Source: Balneolaceae bacterium (lineage in GTDB: Bacteria > Bacteroidota > Rhodothermia > Balneolales > Balneolaceae). From it: a stretch of 33,312 nt of DNA. The stretch spans positions 1 to 33,312 of the forward strand of contig SLGL01000480.1 in assembly GCA_007123785.1 (NCBI GenBank). The letters run 5' to 3'. This document shows, one piece after another, positions 19,863 through 29,463 of the stretch (its first letter is position 1; each line of letters starts with the position of its first letter). The translations under genes and the position numbers were made by a program. A model generated the notes under the pieces. The model made no database searches, had not been told where the DNA came from, and saw nothing but the letters and a program-made list of their open reading frames with translations.

Positions 19863-22793
19863 ATGACCCGTAAACTCTATCTACTGGTTTTTTTCCTGCT
19901 TTTAGCAAACCCGGTTTACGGACAGTTTTATCAGACAGAATATCGTGCTCCCGGACAGTACTGGATGCAAATATCAACTGATCATTTCCGGGTCATCTAT
20001 CCCGAACAATATCAGGAACAGGCCATTCGCTCACTGAAAATCCTGGAGAGTGATTATAAAGATGCCCAAAAGCTGATTGGGGGCAGCATCCGCAGCTTTC
20101 CTTTTATCATCAATACCGAGAGTGATATTCCAAACGGATTCGTTTCTACAAACAATTTTCGTTCTGAAATTCAACTGGCACCTAACATCGGGAAGAGCAT
20201 GAATCCTCGCACTGGAGACTGGCTTGAACTGGTTCTGCCACATGAGCTGGCCCACGTAATGCACTTTAGTGTAAATCCATTCTCATTCACCAGCCTGGCA
20301 GGAATTTTTTCACCTGATATGCGCCGCAGTGTCCACTCGGCGGCGCCATTTGGAGTGCATGAAGGGATTGCTGTTTATCATGAAAGCCACGGCCCGATAG
20401 AAGGTTCGGGACGGGGCCACTACCCCTATTTCAGAAACCAGTTTAATACCCTGCTGGATACGGAGCGGGAATGGTCGATGGGACAACTATTTCAAAGAAC
20501 AGATTTTACTCCTCCGTTCGACCGCCACTATATAGGCGGATATGATTTTACCCGATGGCTCTTGCAAACATACGGAAACGAAACGATGAAGGAAGCCATC
20601 GAATTTCACTACAAATGGCCTCTTCTCGGTTTTGGAACCGCACTCCGTCATTCAACCGGTTATTGGCCTCGAACACTTTATAACCGGTTCAGCGAAGAGA
20701 AAAAAGAAACTGAAAACGCCCGGCTTGCCGATTTGGAACCGATAACAGACAGCTTCTCCGTTGAAGTAAATTTTCCGGCAAACTGCCAGAGACTTCAGCG
20801 TCCGCTATGGCTGGATCATGAATCCATTATTTTTTTTGCCCGTACCTGCAATCGGCCCACCGGTTTTTACCACTATAATACCACCAGCGAAGAGATCGGT
20901 TTTGTCTATGAAGTATCGATCACCTCAGATCATCAGTATGAACTTTCGGAAGACAGAAGTTCACTGATCTATTCCAGGTACCATGCCGATTTACTATACG
21001 ACAACATTTTCCAGGGCGACCTCCATCAGCTTGATTTGAAAACGAAACAGTCCGAACGGATCACACAAAAAAAACGCCTCAATTCGCCTGCGGTTATGAA
21101 TGATGTTATCGCTGCACTACAGGTTGATGCCAATGAAATGAGTCTCATAAAGCTGAATCATTCCGGTGAAATCAAAAGAAAATATTCCCGCCCATACCAC
21201 TCCACGGTTGTGCAAGTTGCACCGAACCCTTTTCGGCAAGGCAAAGCGGCGGTCATCGGCAGGGTTAAAAGTGTACAGGGAGTCTGGTTTGAAGACCTCG
21301 ATGAAACCGAAGAGCTTTTTCTTGATGATGCAGAGATCGTTTTTAAAAATGGCGCTGTATATGATGTGGCATGGCATCCCGCCGAAGAGAAATTTCTATT
21401 CGTAAGTGATTTTACCGGAACGATGAATCTGTTTGAGTACGATACCCGCAGCGATGAAGTCCGTCAACTGACCGAGAGCTCACACAACGCATTTGAAGCT
21501 TCTTACTCACCCGATGGAAACACGATCGCATACATTGGCCAGAAAAAGGATGAGCGAAAACTCTTTCTGCTCGATATTGATGACACCCTATCCCGTACAG
21601 TTCCGCGTGAACTCTGGACACATCAGCCCGCAATTGATGAACAGCTCGCCCGGCCCCTTATGAACCGGGACATAGAACTTGACGAGGATGACTGGGAGAT
21701 TACAGAATATCGTACCGGAACCGGCTGGCTGAGTCCCCGGATCTGGCTACCCACGTATGAACGCCAAAACGGGCACAACCGAATTGGAATCCGGCTTGAA
21801 GGTGTGGACCAGATGAACCAGCAGGCGTGGTCTGGCGAAATGAACCATCTGGCTGATAAATTCTGGTACAGCTTTTCATACGTAAACAAGCGTTTTTATC
21901 CGGGTTTTCGTACGGAGTTATTTAATGAACCGGTGTTTACAGGGTTTAATGTTGGCGGTGAGTTTGAAAACGGAGATGCCGAACTGCAACCCGACCCTGA
22001 AATTATCACGCTGCTTCAGCAAAATCGCGGAGCCTCGCTGAAAGTGCCCATACCGCTGAGACTTGAGAGCAATGCACGGTTCAGCTCGCTGCTCTTAGAA
22101 CCTCAGTATTTTATTTCACAGCTTCGATTTTTGGATCCGGAACTTTCATCTTTACCCGTATCGGAGTTCGGAACTCGTCATACCGTAGGCTTTCGCACCG
22201 TACTGAACCTGAACCTGCGTCAGTTTATACGCGATGTTCAGCCCAACAGCGGCTGGGCACTTTTTGCCGAAGGCCGCTACGGTTTGAACAGTGATGAAAT
22301 CAGAATTCAAACCGGTCAGCAGCCGATTACAGGCAATCTTTCACAACGGAAAGGGTTAAGAGCAGGAGTCATCACTTTTATATCACCGCTTTCACACTGG
22401 AACCAGTCGCTCCGAATTTCGGCAGAAACTTATACACAAACCGATGTTCCGGTGTTTAATGTACAGAGCCAGTTATCAGAAAATTTCTCTGAAATTCCGG
22501 TCATTGGAGCTAATAACGTGGGCATCCTCAATACCCGATACACCATTCCGCTTGTTTATCCCGATGACGGCGGACTACTGCTCCCGTTTTACCTTTCCAA
22601 TATTTATCTGGTTCTGTTTTCACAGACCGTGGCAGATCTGGACCAGCCCGGACTTATGGAAGAGTCAAGAAGTCTGTTCGGGGCAGGTATTCGATCCCGC
22701 TTTCGTCTCAGTAATCTTTCAGTAGATATCGGAATTTCCATTGGATGGGAGCCAACTCGAAACGAAGTCACGTATTATTTCGGAAGTTTTTAA
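19863..22793 (+). CDS. Exported protein: gluzincin-like peptidase domain, TolB/PD40 beta-propeller and probable C-terminal beta-barrel
   Basis: Signal peptide; HELAH followed by EGIAVYHES; PD40-like repeats (WHP, FVSDFTGTMNLF, YSPDG); amphipathic C-terminal strands ending YYFGSF. Confidence 0.75.
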   Translation: MTRKLYLLVFFLLLANPVYGQFYQTEYRAPGQYWMQISTDHFRVIYPEQYQEQAIRSLKILESDYKDAQKLIGGSIRSFPFIINTESDIPNGFVSTNNFRSEIQLAPNIGKSMNPRTGDWLELVLPHELAHVMHFSVNPFSFTSLAGIFSPDMRRSVHSAAPFGVHEGIAVYHESHGPIEGSGRGHYPYFRNQFNTLLDTEREWSMGQLFQRTDFTPPFDRHYIGGYDFTRWLLQTYGNETMKEAIEFHYKWPLLGFGTALRHSTGYWPRTLYNRFSEEKKETENARLADLEPITDSFSVEVNFPANCQRLQRPLWLDHESIIFFARTCNRPTGFYHYNTTSEEIGFVYEVSITSDHQYELSEDRSSLIYSRYHADLLYDNIFQGDLHQLDLKTKQSERITQKKRLNSPAVMNDVIAALQVDANEMSLIKLNHSGEIKRKYSRPYHSTVVQVAPNPFRQGKAAVIGRVKSVQGVWFEDLDETEELFLDDAEIVFKNGAVYDVAWHPAEEKFLFVSDFTGTMNLFEYDTRSDEVRQLTESSHNAFEASYSPDGNTIAYIGQKKDERKLFLLDIDDTLSRTVPRELWTHQPAIDEQLARPLMNRDIELDEDDWEITEYRTGTGWLSPRIWLPTYERQNGHNRIGIRLEGVDQMNQQAWSGEMNHLADKFWYSFSYVNKRFYPGFRTELFNEPVFTGFNVGGEFENGDAELQPDPEIITLLQQNRGASLKVPIPLRLESNARFSSLLLEPQYFISQLRFLDPELSSLPVSEFGTRHTVGFRTVLNLNLRQFIRDVQPNSGWALFAEGRYGLNSDEIRIQTGQQPITGNLSQRKGLRAGVITFISPLSHWNQSLRISAETYTQTDVPVFNVQSQLSENFSEIPVIGANNVGILNTRYTIPLVYPDDGGLLLPFYLSNIYLVLFSQTVADLDQPGLMEESRSLFGAGIRSRFRLSNLSVDIGISIGWEPTRNEVTYYFGSF

Positions 22794-22809
22794 CCCGGAC
22801 TTCCATGGT

Positions 22810-23724
22810 TTACTCATCCAGGTTTTCCTGCAAGTCAGCTTCACTGACCCGGCACTGCACTCCATCAGCCGGAACATCCATACCGGACAACCAAACGAGT
22901 GCGTTCAGTACGTAGGTAAGATTGTGTTCATTACCCCAGTTATCATGAAAATGGCCGCCAGTGTAGCCAAAACCTCGGCCGCCATCATTACGCTCCACCA
23001 CCCAGGAAAGCACTTCGCTCTGCCCTTTTGCTTCCTGAATATGCTCGTATGGTCCCTCGGGCCAAACGTAAGGCCCGTCGCGGGTATCATCAGACGGAGT
23101 AGCTACCAGAAGCGGTGTAACTCCCGCCATATCAGGTCGGAATCGGATGCTGAAGTACCACTCATCATTCGTGGAAAACGGCTCCACTCCGTTCATCACA
23201 GGGTGATTGGGAATATATTTAAATTCAGCCTCCCAGATGGGGTTGGCGGAATAATGAGTTTCGTAGTAACCGCCGATCCAATCGAGATACTCCCCGCCGC
23301 CGTTCTCCTCAGGCACTTCCACGGCATAGTGCATCGCTCCGTAACTGCCCCCCCGGTCAATGTGCCTTTGAATGAGATGAAGTCTGTCGCCCTGTACAAC
23401 GGGGTGATTTTCACCGCCATCCATAAACATGAAAATAGCATCGGCATTGTCGAAAGCGGAATCATCTTCCGGCCATCCCTCAAAATGAGTGCTCACCTCC
23501 AGTCCCTGTATATCGGCCAGACAACGCTCAAATAGAATAACCCCCGCGCGATGTTCGTGGGTTCCGGTACTGTGGCTTGCTGCTCCTGCTACCAGCACCA
23601 GTTTATTTGTTTCTGCTTCAAAGTTTGCAGGTTCCGTTTCACTGTTGGAATTTTCGGAATAAATCGCAGTACCGAAAATCAATAAAACAGCAGTGATGGA
23701 AGTAAGAAGTGAAGTTATCTTCAT
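22810..23724 (-). CDS. Secreted ThuA-like (class I glutamine amidotransferase-like) protein
   Basis: Signal peptide; SH..GTHEH.AG, MHYAVE, HPVMNGV, DEWY, GGRGFGYTGGHFHDNW. Confidence 0.82.
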   Translation of the reverse strand: MKITSLLTSITAVLLIFGTAIYSENSNSETEPANFEAETNKLVLVAGAASHSTGTHEHRAGVILFERCLADIQGLEVSTHFEGWPEDDSAFDNADAIFMFMDGGENHPVVQGDRLHLIQRHIDRGGSYGAMHYAVEVPEENGGGEYLDWIGGYYETHYSANPIWEAEFKYIPNHPVMNGVEPFSTNDEWYFSIRFRPDMAGVTPLLVATPSDDTRDGPYVWPEGPYEHIQEAKGQSEVLSWVVERNDGGRGFGYTGGHFHDNWGNEHNLTYVLNALVWLSGMDVPADGVQCRVSEADLQENLDE

Positions 23725-24055
23725 TTTTTTGAATGGATAATTTAATAGTTCTGATTAAATGAGCGCATTTATCGACTGAACTGCGATATACGGGTAACTT
23801 TTTATCCCGTCAGGTATCGTCGCTAAAAAAATCCGTGCGCCACTGTGAATTAAACTTTTTATACTATCTTCAAAATTGATAAACGCATAAAAAGCCGACT
23901 GGCTCAGACCTCCGGTGGAGCAGAGGCAGCATTTTTACGAACAGCTCACAACAATTTTGTTTTAAAATAATAAAGATGAGTGAATTTGCATTCATTACGG
24001 CAGAGAAATTATTATTTTTATTACAAAATCAAACCAACTTTAGATTAACATATTT

Positions 24056-24625
24056 ATGAATCGTTCATTCGTTTACCTTATCCCCTTTGTCTTACTGTTT
24101 TTTGCCGCATGTGGTGAAACTGAACAAGAACAGGCTCAACAGGAACAGCGCCAGCAACAGATGCAGATGCAGATGATTGAAACCACCCCGGAATTTACCG
24201 GACAGATGGCCACAATCCTGGAACACTATTTTGATCTGAAAAACGCACTGGTTGAATCGGATGCGGAACAAGCCAAGATGTATGCTGAAACCTTTAAAAA
24301 CGAGGCGGATGGTGTTGATGCATCCAGCTTGAATGAAGAGACACAGGCGATATGGATTTCCTTCAGCGAAGTAATTGTTAACAGCAGCAGTGAACTAATC
24401 AGCCAGGATGATGTAGACGATCAGCGCTATCATTTTGAGTATATATCCGATGCGATGATCGATATGGTGGACACCTTCCGCCCCGTTGGATACGAGGTGT
24501 ATCATCAGAGCTGCCCGATGGTGCGTGATGGTTCTGCTGACTGGCTGAGTCGCGAAGAAGATATCCGCAATCCTTACCACGGAGACCGAATGATGAGGTG
24601 TGGTGAAGTGATCAGGCAGATTTAA
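24056..24625 (+). CDS. DUF3347-family lipoprotein, possibly heavy-metal binding
   Basis: Lipobox FAAC; YFDLKNALV.SD, CPM, WLS, IRNPY.G..M..CG motifs. Confidence 0.82.
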   Translation: MNRSFVYLIPFVLLFFAACGETEQEQAQQEQRQQQMQMQMIETTPEFTGQMATILEHYFDLKNALVESDAEQAKMYAETFKNEADGVDASSLNEETQAIWISFSEVIVNSSSELISQDDVDDQRYHFEYISDAMIDMVDTFRPVGYEVYHQSCPMVRDGSADWLSREEDIRNPYHGDRMMRCGEVIRQI

Positions 24626-26102
24626 GCGCTTCTTCCAGCTTATCCCGGATGATTCTCAGCACGGAGATCCGAGCGTGATTTTTGTCATCAGCGGCGATAA
24701 TGTTCCAGGGGGCATACTCCGTGCCGGTTTTGGCAACCATATCGTGAACAGCGTCTTTGTAAAGTTCATGCTTGTCGCGGTTGCGCCAATCATCTTCAGT
24801 TAATTTGTGCTTTTTATAATCTGTTATTTCACGCTCTTTGAATCGTCTTAACTGTTCATCAGAACTGATATGCAGCCAGAATTTCTGAACGATCGTTCCA
24901 TGTTCGGTTAACTGCTGTTCAAACTCAATGATTTCGCTGTAGGCCCGGCCCCACTCCGCTTCTGTGGCAAATCCCTCTACCCGCTCCACAAGTACACGTC
25001 CATACCAGGAGCGGTCGTATATCGTAATTTTACCATCCCGCGGAATATGCCGCCAGAACCTCCACAGGTAGTGGTGTTCTTTCTCTTCATCGGTGGGAGC
25101 GGCTATCTGAATAACACGGTAAAGTTTAGCGTCCATCGCCTGAATCAGCCGGCGTATGACTCCTCCTTTCCCCGCCGCATCCCATCCTTCAAACACAAAA
25201 ACTGAAGAGATCCCGTTCCGGTAGCATTGCCAGGCCAGGTAATCGATTTCCAGTTTTAATTCATCAAATTCTGAAGAGTAGACGTCCTGTTCAATAGCCT
25301 GCGTTAAATCAATCCGGTCGAGAATGTTTTTTGGCTTGAGGGCAGATTGTGACTGGATATTTTTTCCTGCTGAACTCTCATTTTCACCGCCGTTATATTT
25401 GAGTGCCATATTCATTTTTTGCAGCAAAATTTCCATCACAGCAAGGTCCCGATATCGATCCTGCGAAGCGTCTAACACGTGCCAGGGTACGTCGGCAGTG
25501 TCGGTTTTTCGAATGGCGCGCTCGCTCGCTGTTTTATAATCATCATATTGGTCGTGGTGTTTCCAGTCCTCTTCAGTGACCCTCCACTGGGTACGTTCAT
25601 TTTTTTCCAGCACCCGGAGACGTTTTTTCTGCTCTTTTTTAGAAATATGGAACCAAAATTTTGCAATCAGCATCCCGTCTTTGGCAAGCATCTGTTCATG
25701 AATAAGAATGCGGTGTAATTCCGAATCGTATTCGGCATCCTTAATACCATCTTGAACACGTTTGAGAATGGAACTACGATACCATGAACCGATGAAAATA
25801 CCCACCTGTTTTTTTGACGGCAGTTTTCGCCAGTACCGCCAGTAGAAAGGGCGGCGTTTCTGTTCGTCCGATTCAACCCGAAACACATTTGTTTCGATAT
25901 ATCGGGTGTCCAACCAGCTATTGAGCCGGTTTACGACTTCACCTTTTCCGGCACCCTCTACTCCGGACAGAATAATAAGCAGCGGAATCCCGGCTTTCTG
26001 AAGTGCAAACTGAGCCTGTAATAGTTCAAACCGGAGCTCCGGAAGCCTTTTCTTGTATTGTGACTTGCTGATTTTAGCACCGGATTCCACAATTTCGAAC
26101 AT
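24612..26102 (-). CDS. pap: Polyphosphate:AMP phosphotransferase (two-domain PPK2)
   Basis: Tandem PPK2 domains: GVEGAGKG..GSWY and EGWDAAGKGG..DRSWYGRVLVERVEG. Confidence 0.93.
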   Translation of the reverse strand: MFEIVESGAKISKSQYKKRLPELRFELLQAQFALQKAGIPLLIILSGVEGAGKGEVVNRLNSWLDTRYIETNVFRVESDEQKRRPFYWRYWRKLPSKKQVGIFIGSWYRSSILKRVQDGIKDAEYDSELHRILIHEQMLAKDGMLIAKFWFHISKKEQKKRLRVLEKNERTQWRVTEEDWKHHDQYDDYKTASERAIRKTDTADVPWHVLDASQDRYRDLAVMEILLQKMNMALKYNGGENESSAGKNIQSQSALKPKNILDRIDLTQAIEQDVYSSEFDELKLEIDYLAWQCYRNGISSVFVFEGWDAAGKGGVIRRLIQAMDAKLYRVIQIAAPTDEEKEHHYLWRFWRHIPRDGKITIYDRSWYGRVLVERVEGFATEAEWGRAYSEIIEFEQQLTEHGTIVQKFWLHISSDEQLRRFKEREITDYKKHKLTEDDWRNRDKHELYKDAVHDMVAKTGTEYAPWNIIAADDKNHARISVLRIIRDKLEEALKSA

Positions 26103-26187
26103 AAGAAGCTCATTTAGCCTGATGAAAACAGGCAGATTGAAGTTTTCACATCAGTATAAAATCTGCTGATGTCAATTGCTATCTTGT

Positions 26188-26568
26188 TTACTCCACAATC
26201 TCCAGCACTTTCGTTTGAGTAAATTCCTGCCCGAACATATCACGGGAATGAATTTCCAGTTTATTGATACCTGTGCTAAGCCCTTCCGGGAGATCGGCCC
26301 GCCAGATGTGGGTGGTCTGGATGGGCTGAATCCAACCGAGAAATTTATCGTCATACTCTTCCCTCATTCTTTCAAAGAAGGTAGAAATTGCCAGATCAAG
26401 CTGGTTAGAGACCATCACTCCGGGAATTCCGGGGTCGCCGTCATCAAGCTGGCCTGTTTGATTGAGGTCTTCATATACATAACCTTGTACATAATTTTGG
26501 GATAAAACTTCATCAGAAAAGTAAAACAGGAATACTAAGGCGAAAACAACGGATAAAACAGACTTCAT
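26188..26568 (-). pseudogene. Internally deleted calcineurin-like metallophosphoesterase remnant
   Basis: Signal peptide and GYVYEDLN..G..D..D.GIPGVMVSN (N-terminal cap) joined directly to THIWRADLP..L..G...LEI...DMFG (C-terminal end); no catalytic DxH/GD/GNHD motifs. Confidence 0.65.
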
Positions 26569-26887
26569 ATGAAATCTGATTTAAAAAATAATATGTTTGA
26601 GATTTGAGGGTGAAAATTTGCAACACTCAGAGGCGGAAATCAAGATTAAAATTATGTCTTTAAAGGATTATAATTCTGTTAATTATGACAACTGAAACGA
26701 TTCCGACTCTGTATAAAAAGAACTTTCATCGTTGGTTCTCAAAATTTTTCATGGATAATATTCAACTGAAACCTATATTAGTGTAAACAACCTGGTTAAA
26801 AAGCAGTACGGGCTGGTGAAGAGGTAATTTTGATTTCCAGTGCCTTTTTCTTTCTTCAAAAAAAACGATCATTCTATCAAAAGTTCT

Positions 26888-27724
26888 ATGAAAAATTATA
26901 CTCTGGCAGTTTCTGTCCTCTTCTTTTTATTTTTAAGTGCCTGTACCACGATCGAAATCACCGAGCGCGATGCATTTGATGCCTACCGCACCGTTACACC
27001 CGAAACCTTCAATATTGATCCGTACCAGCTGCATGATGTCAACCTTCAGTCGGAAGATGGCACTGAAATTGATGCGTGGTTTCTGGAGCGCGATGATGCC
27101 AATGCGACTGTCATCTATTACGGTGGTACCGGTTTTTTAATGGTGACCTCACGCACGCTTATTGAGGCGTACCGAAATGTGCCTGTTAATATTTTGCTAC
27201 TCGATTACAGAGGATATGGGCGAAGCAGCGGAACTCCAACGGTTGAGGGGTTAAAAACCGATGCACGGGTTGCATACAGTTATGCCAGAAGCGCCGCCCC
27301 TTCCCCGCAGGAAACCATTTTTGTGCACGGCCATGCGATGGGAACCTTCCTCGCCGCAATGATTGCCGAAGAGGAAGAAGTTGCCGGATATATTCTGGAA
27401 AGCCCGATTACCGAGGTAAATCGCTGGACCCGCCGCCTGGTGCCGTGGATCGCCCGTCCCTTTGTTCGTTTCCGCATCGATCAGCCCATTCAGGATCAGA
27501 ATAATTTGGTACGTGTGGAGCGTATCAACCTTCCTGTATTGATTATGGGCGGTGCGTTTGATGATGTAACACCTTTCCGAATGGCCGAAGAGCTGTACGA
27601 GGCATCCGCCTCCACCCAAAAGCGCCTCGTTGAAATTGCCGGTGCCAAACACACCGATCTGCCACGTTATCGTCAATACCGCGATGTTCTTGTTGATTTC
27701 TACGCCAGGGTTGGGCTGGATTAA
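26888..27724 (+). CDS. Alpha/beta hydrolase-fold lipoprotein lacking the nucleophile Ser
   Basis: ATG at 26888 gives a signal peptide with lipobox LSAC; DYRGYGRS.G.PT; GHAMG elbow; Asp and His retained. Confidence 0.85.
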   Translation: MKNYTLAVSVLFFLFLSACTTIEITERDAFDAYRTVTPETFNIDPYQLHDVNLQSEDGTEIDAWFLERDDANATVIYYGGTGFLMVTSRTLIEAYRNVPVNILLLDYRGYGRSSGTPTVEGLKTDARVAYSYARSAAPSPQETIFVHGHAMGTFLAAMIAEEEEVAGYILESPITEVNRWTRRLVPWIARPFVRFRIDQPIQDQNNLVRVERINLPVLIMGGAFDDVTPFRMAEELYEASASTQKRLVEIAGAKHTDLPRYRQYRDVLVDFYARVGLD

Positions 27725-27741
27725 TTTTTCTTTCGTGACCT

Positions 27742-27800
27742 CATCGGATGAGTCTTTCTGGATTTAATTATTCTATTTTTTCTAAAAAACTCATCCGATG
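27742..27800. repeat. Perfect 12-bp inverted repeat with 35-nt AT-rich spacer
   Basis: CATCGGATGAGT (27742-27753) / ACTCATCCGATG (27789-27800). Confidence 0.75.
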
Positions 27801-27895
27801 TTTAACTGTTTAAATCTGCACTGGGAACAATCCAAATTACAAGCACTGTTTCAACATGATATAATCCGGATATTCATTTCAAAAAATTCAGACCT

Positions 27896-29176
27896 TTGAA
27901 AGTATTGAAAATCATCGGATTGACTCTTCTTTATTTCCTGACAGGTGCTTTACTATTTGCACTTTTAACGGGATTGCTTTGGATAACAAATGGCTACCTT
28001 CACGGCTACCCGGCTTTTGGAATTACACTTGCGGCGGGAGTTGGTCTGGCATTGATAGTAGCAAGAAGGGAACTGAGCTTAATCGGGAAAATGCTGCGAA
28101 TTGCTCCAGTAATGATAGCGTTTCTGTTTGCGGCCTGGTCAATGGTACCGCTTAAACAGTTTGATTTTCCCATTGACCCGGATGATCCCCGCTTCGAAAT
28201 GTGGGATTTGGAGGGTGACCGTACTGTTTCCGTTTCTCAGCACCTTCCGCCTGAGAATACAGAGCCGAGGGAGGAGACTATTCTGTTTATACATGGTGGC
28301 CCGGGTGCATATGTGCGCGACTTTGACCGTGACTTTATTTCCGGATTTTCTGATGAAGGATTTCGGGTGGTTATTTATGACCAGGTGGGTGCCGGCCGTT
28401 CACCCACTGTAGACCTTTCCGAATATTCACACCAGGGAAATGTGGACGATCTTATGGAAGTAATTAAAAAGGTTGATACTCCTGTCATTTTATTTGGCCA
28501 GTCGTATGGAGCAGCTTTGGCTACATCATTTATGGCTGACTATGGAGAACTTTTTGATGTTCGCCAAATCATATTTACCGAACCAGGTCCGCTGCCGGGT
28601 GCAGATATAGATTCAGACCATCCTCACTTTAAAAAGAAAACAACTAAAGCTGAGAATGTGGACGGGCTGGAATTCCATGAAGTCATCCGTTCTCCAAGAC
28701 TTCTGCTATCCATGATACTTCCAAGCGACAATCGATTCGTGGGGCAGAAAGAGGTTTTATATTCATTTGGGCCCGATCTTCAGAAAAAAGCAGTCAGTAA
28801 TTCCTATTGCAGGGAACATGAAGATCAGCTTCTTGAATTTGAACACCTTCCTGTAAATCTTTTAGCTACCATGATTATTCGGGAAACTTTCATGGAAGCG
28901 GAAAAGCCCGATCTTCGTGAACTTGGCATACCTGTGCTGCTGCTTCTTGGTGAATGCAGCTATGTTCCGCGCGGATTTGCGATGGAGTATTTCGAGCATT
29001 ATTCCATCAGCCGAAGTCATCTTATCCGCAATGTCGGGCACATACTCTGGACAACACCTGAGGGGCGATCCACCTCTCACAAAGCCATCATGAGCTTTAT
29101 TGATGAAGACGAATTGCCCTTGGAAAACAAACCCACCTATGAAACCCGAATTCAATTTATTGAAGAGGGGTTATGA
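27896..29176 (+). CDS. Membrane-anchored alpha/beta hydrolase (proline iminopeptidase-like)
   Basis: Three N-terminal TM helices; HGGPG, YDQVGAGRS, GQSYG, C-terminal GH; TTG start. Confidence 0.82.
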   Translation: MKVLKIIGLTLLYFLTGALLFALLTGLLWITNGYLHGYPAFGITLAAGVGLALIVARRELSLIGKMLRIAPVMIAFLFAAWSMVPLKQFDFPIDPDDPRFEMWDLEGDRTVSVSQHLPPENTEPREETILFIHGGPGAYVRDFDRDFISGFSDEGFRVVIYDQVGAGRSPTVDLSEYSHQGNVDDLMEVIKKVDTPVILFGQSYGAALATSFMADYGELFDVRQIIFTEPGPLPGADIDSDHPHFKKKTTKAENVDGLEFHEVIRSPRLLLSMILPSDNRFVGQKEVLYSFGPDLQKKAVSNSYCREHEDQLLEFEHLPVNLLATMIIRETFMEAEKPDLRELGIPVLLLLGECSYVPRGFAMEYFEHYSISRSHLIRNVGHILWTTPEGRSTSHKAIMSFIDEDELPLENKPTYETRIQFIEEGL

Positions 29177-29384
29177 TAGATGGCCAAGAAACAGGTTCCG
29201 CACATTCCCTTGATGTTTTGTGAGATCATCTGGCTAACGCCATCTCTCTTTATTCACAATGAAATTGTTAAAATTATTCGATTTATTTTCATGTAGAGAT
29301 GCTCCTCTGCCAGTAAAACACTGATTGCATGTTTATCAGCCTGGTTCATTTGTGACAGATTTAATAAAAAAACTAAAAATAATC

Positions 29385-29434
29385 TTGACCAGTATATCAT
29401 GAACTGTGTATATTAAGATAAAATAGTCTTAATA
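29385..29434 (+). promoter_or_regulatory. Promoter candidate overlapped by a palindromic operator
   Basis: TTGACC (29385-29390)-N18-TATATT (29409-29414); TATTAAGA-N8-TCTTAATA palindrome at 29411-29434. Confidence 0.6.
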
Positions 29435-29463
29435 CCATTAGTTCTGATTTCAAATTCACCCTC

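Noticed and set aside
22741-23535. 264-aa + strand ORF
   Set aside because: Antisense to the ThuA-like gene and overlapping the previous gene; no motifs.
26395-26452. 10-bp direct repeat ATCAAGCTGG near the deletion junction
   Set aside because: Both copies encode QLD in the N-terminal part, so they do not bracket the deleted segment.
29385-29400. FNR-like box TTGAC...ATCAT
   Set aside because: The spacer is 6 nt and not 4; better read as a -35 element.
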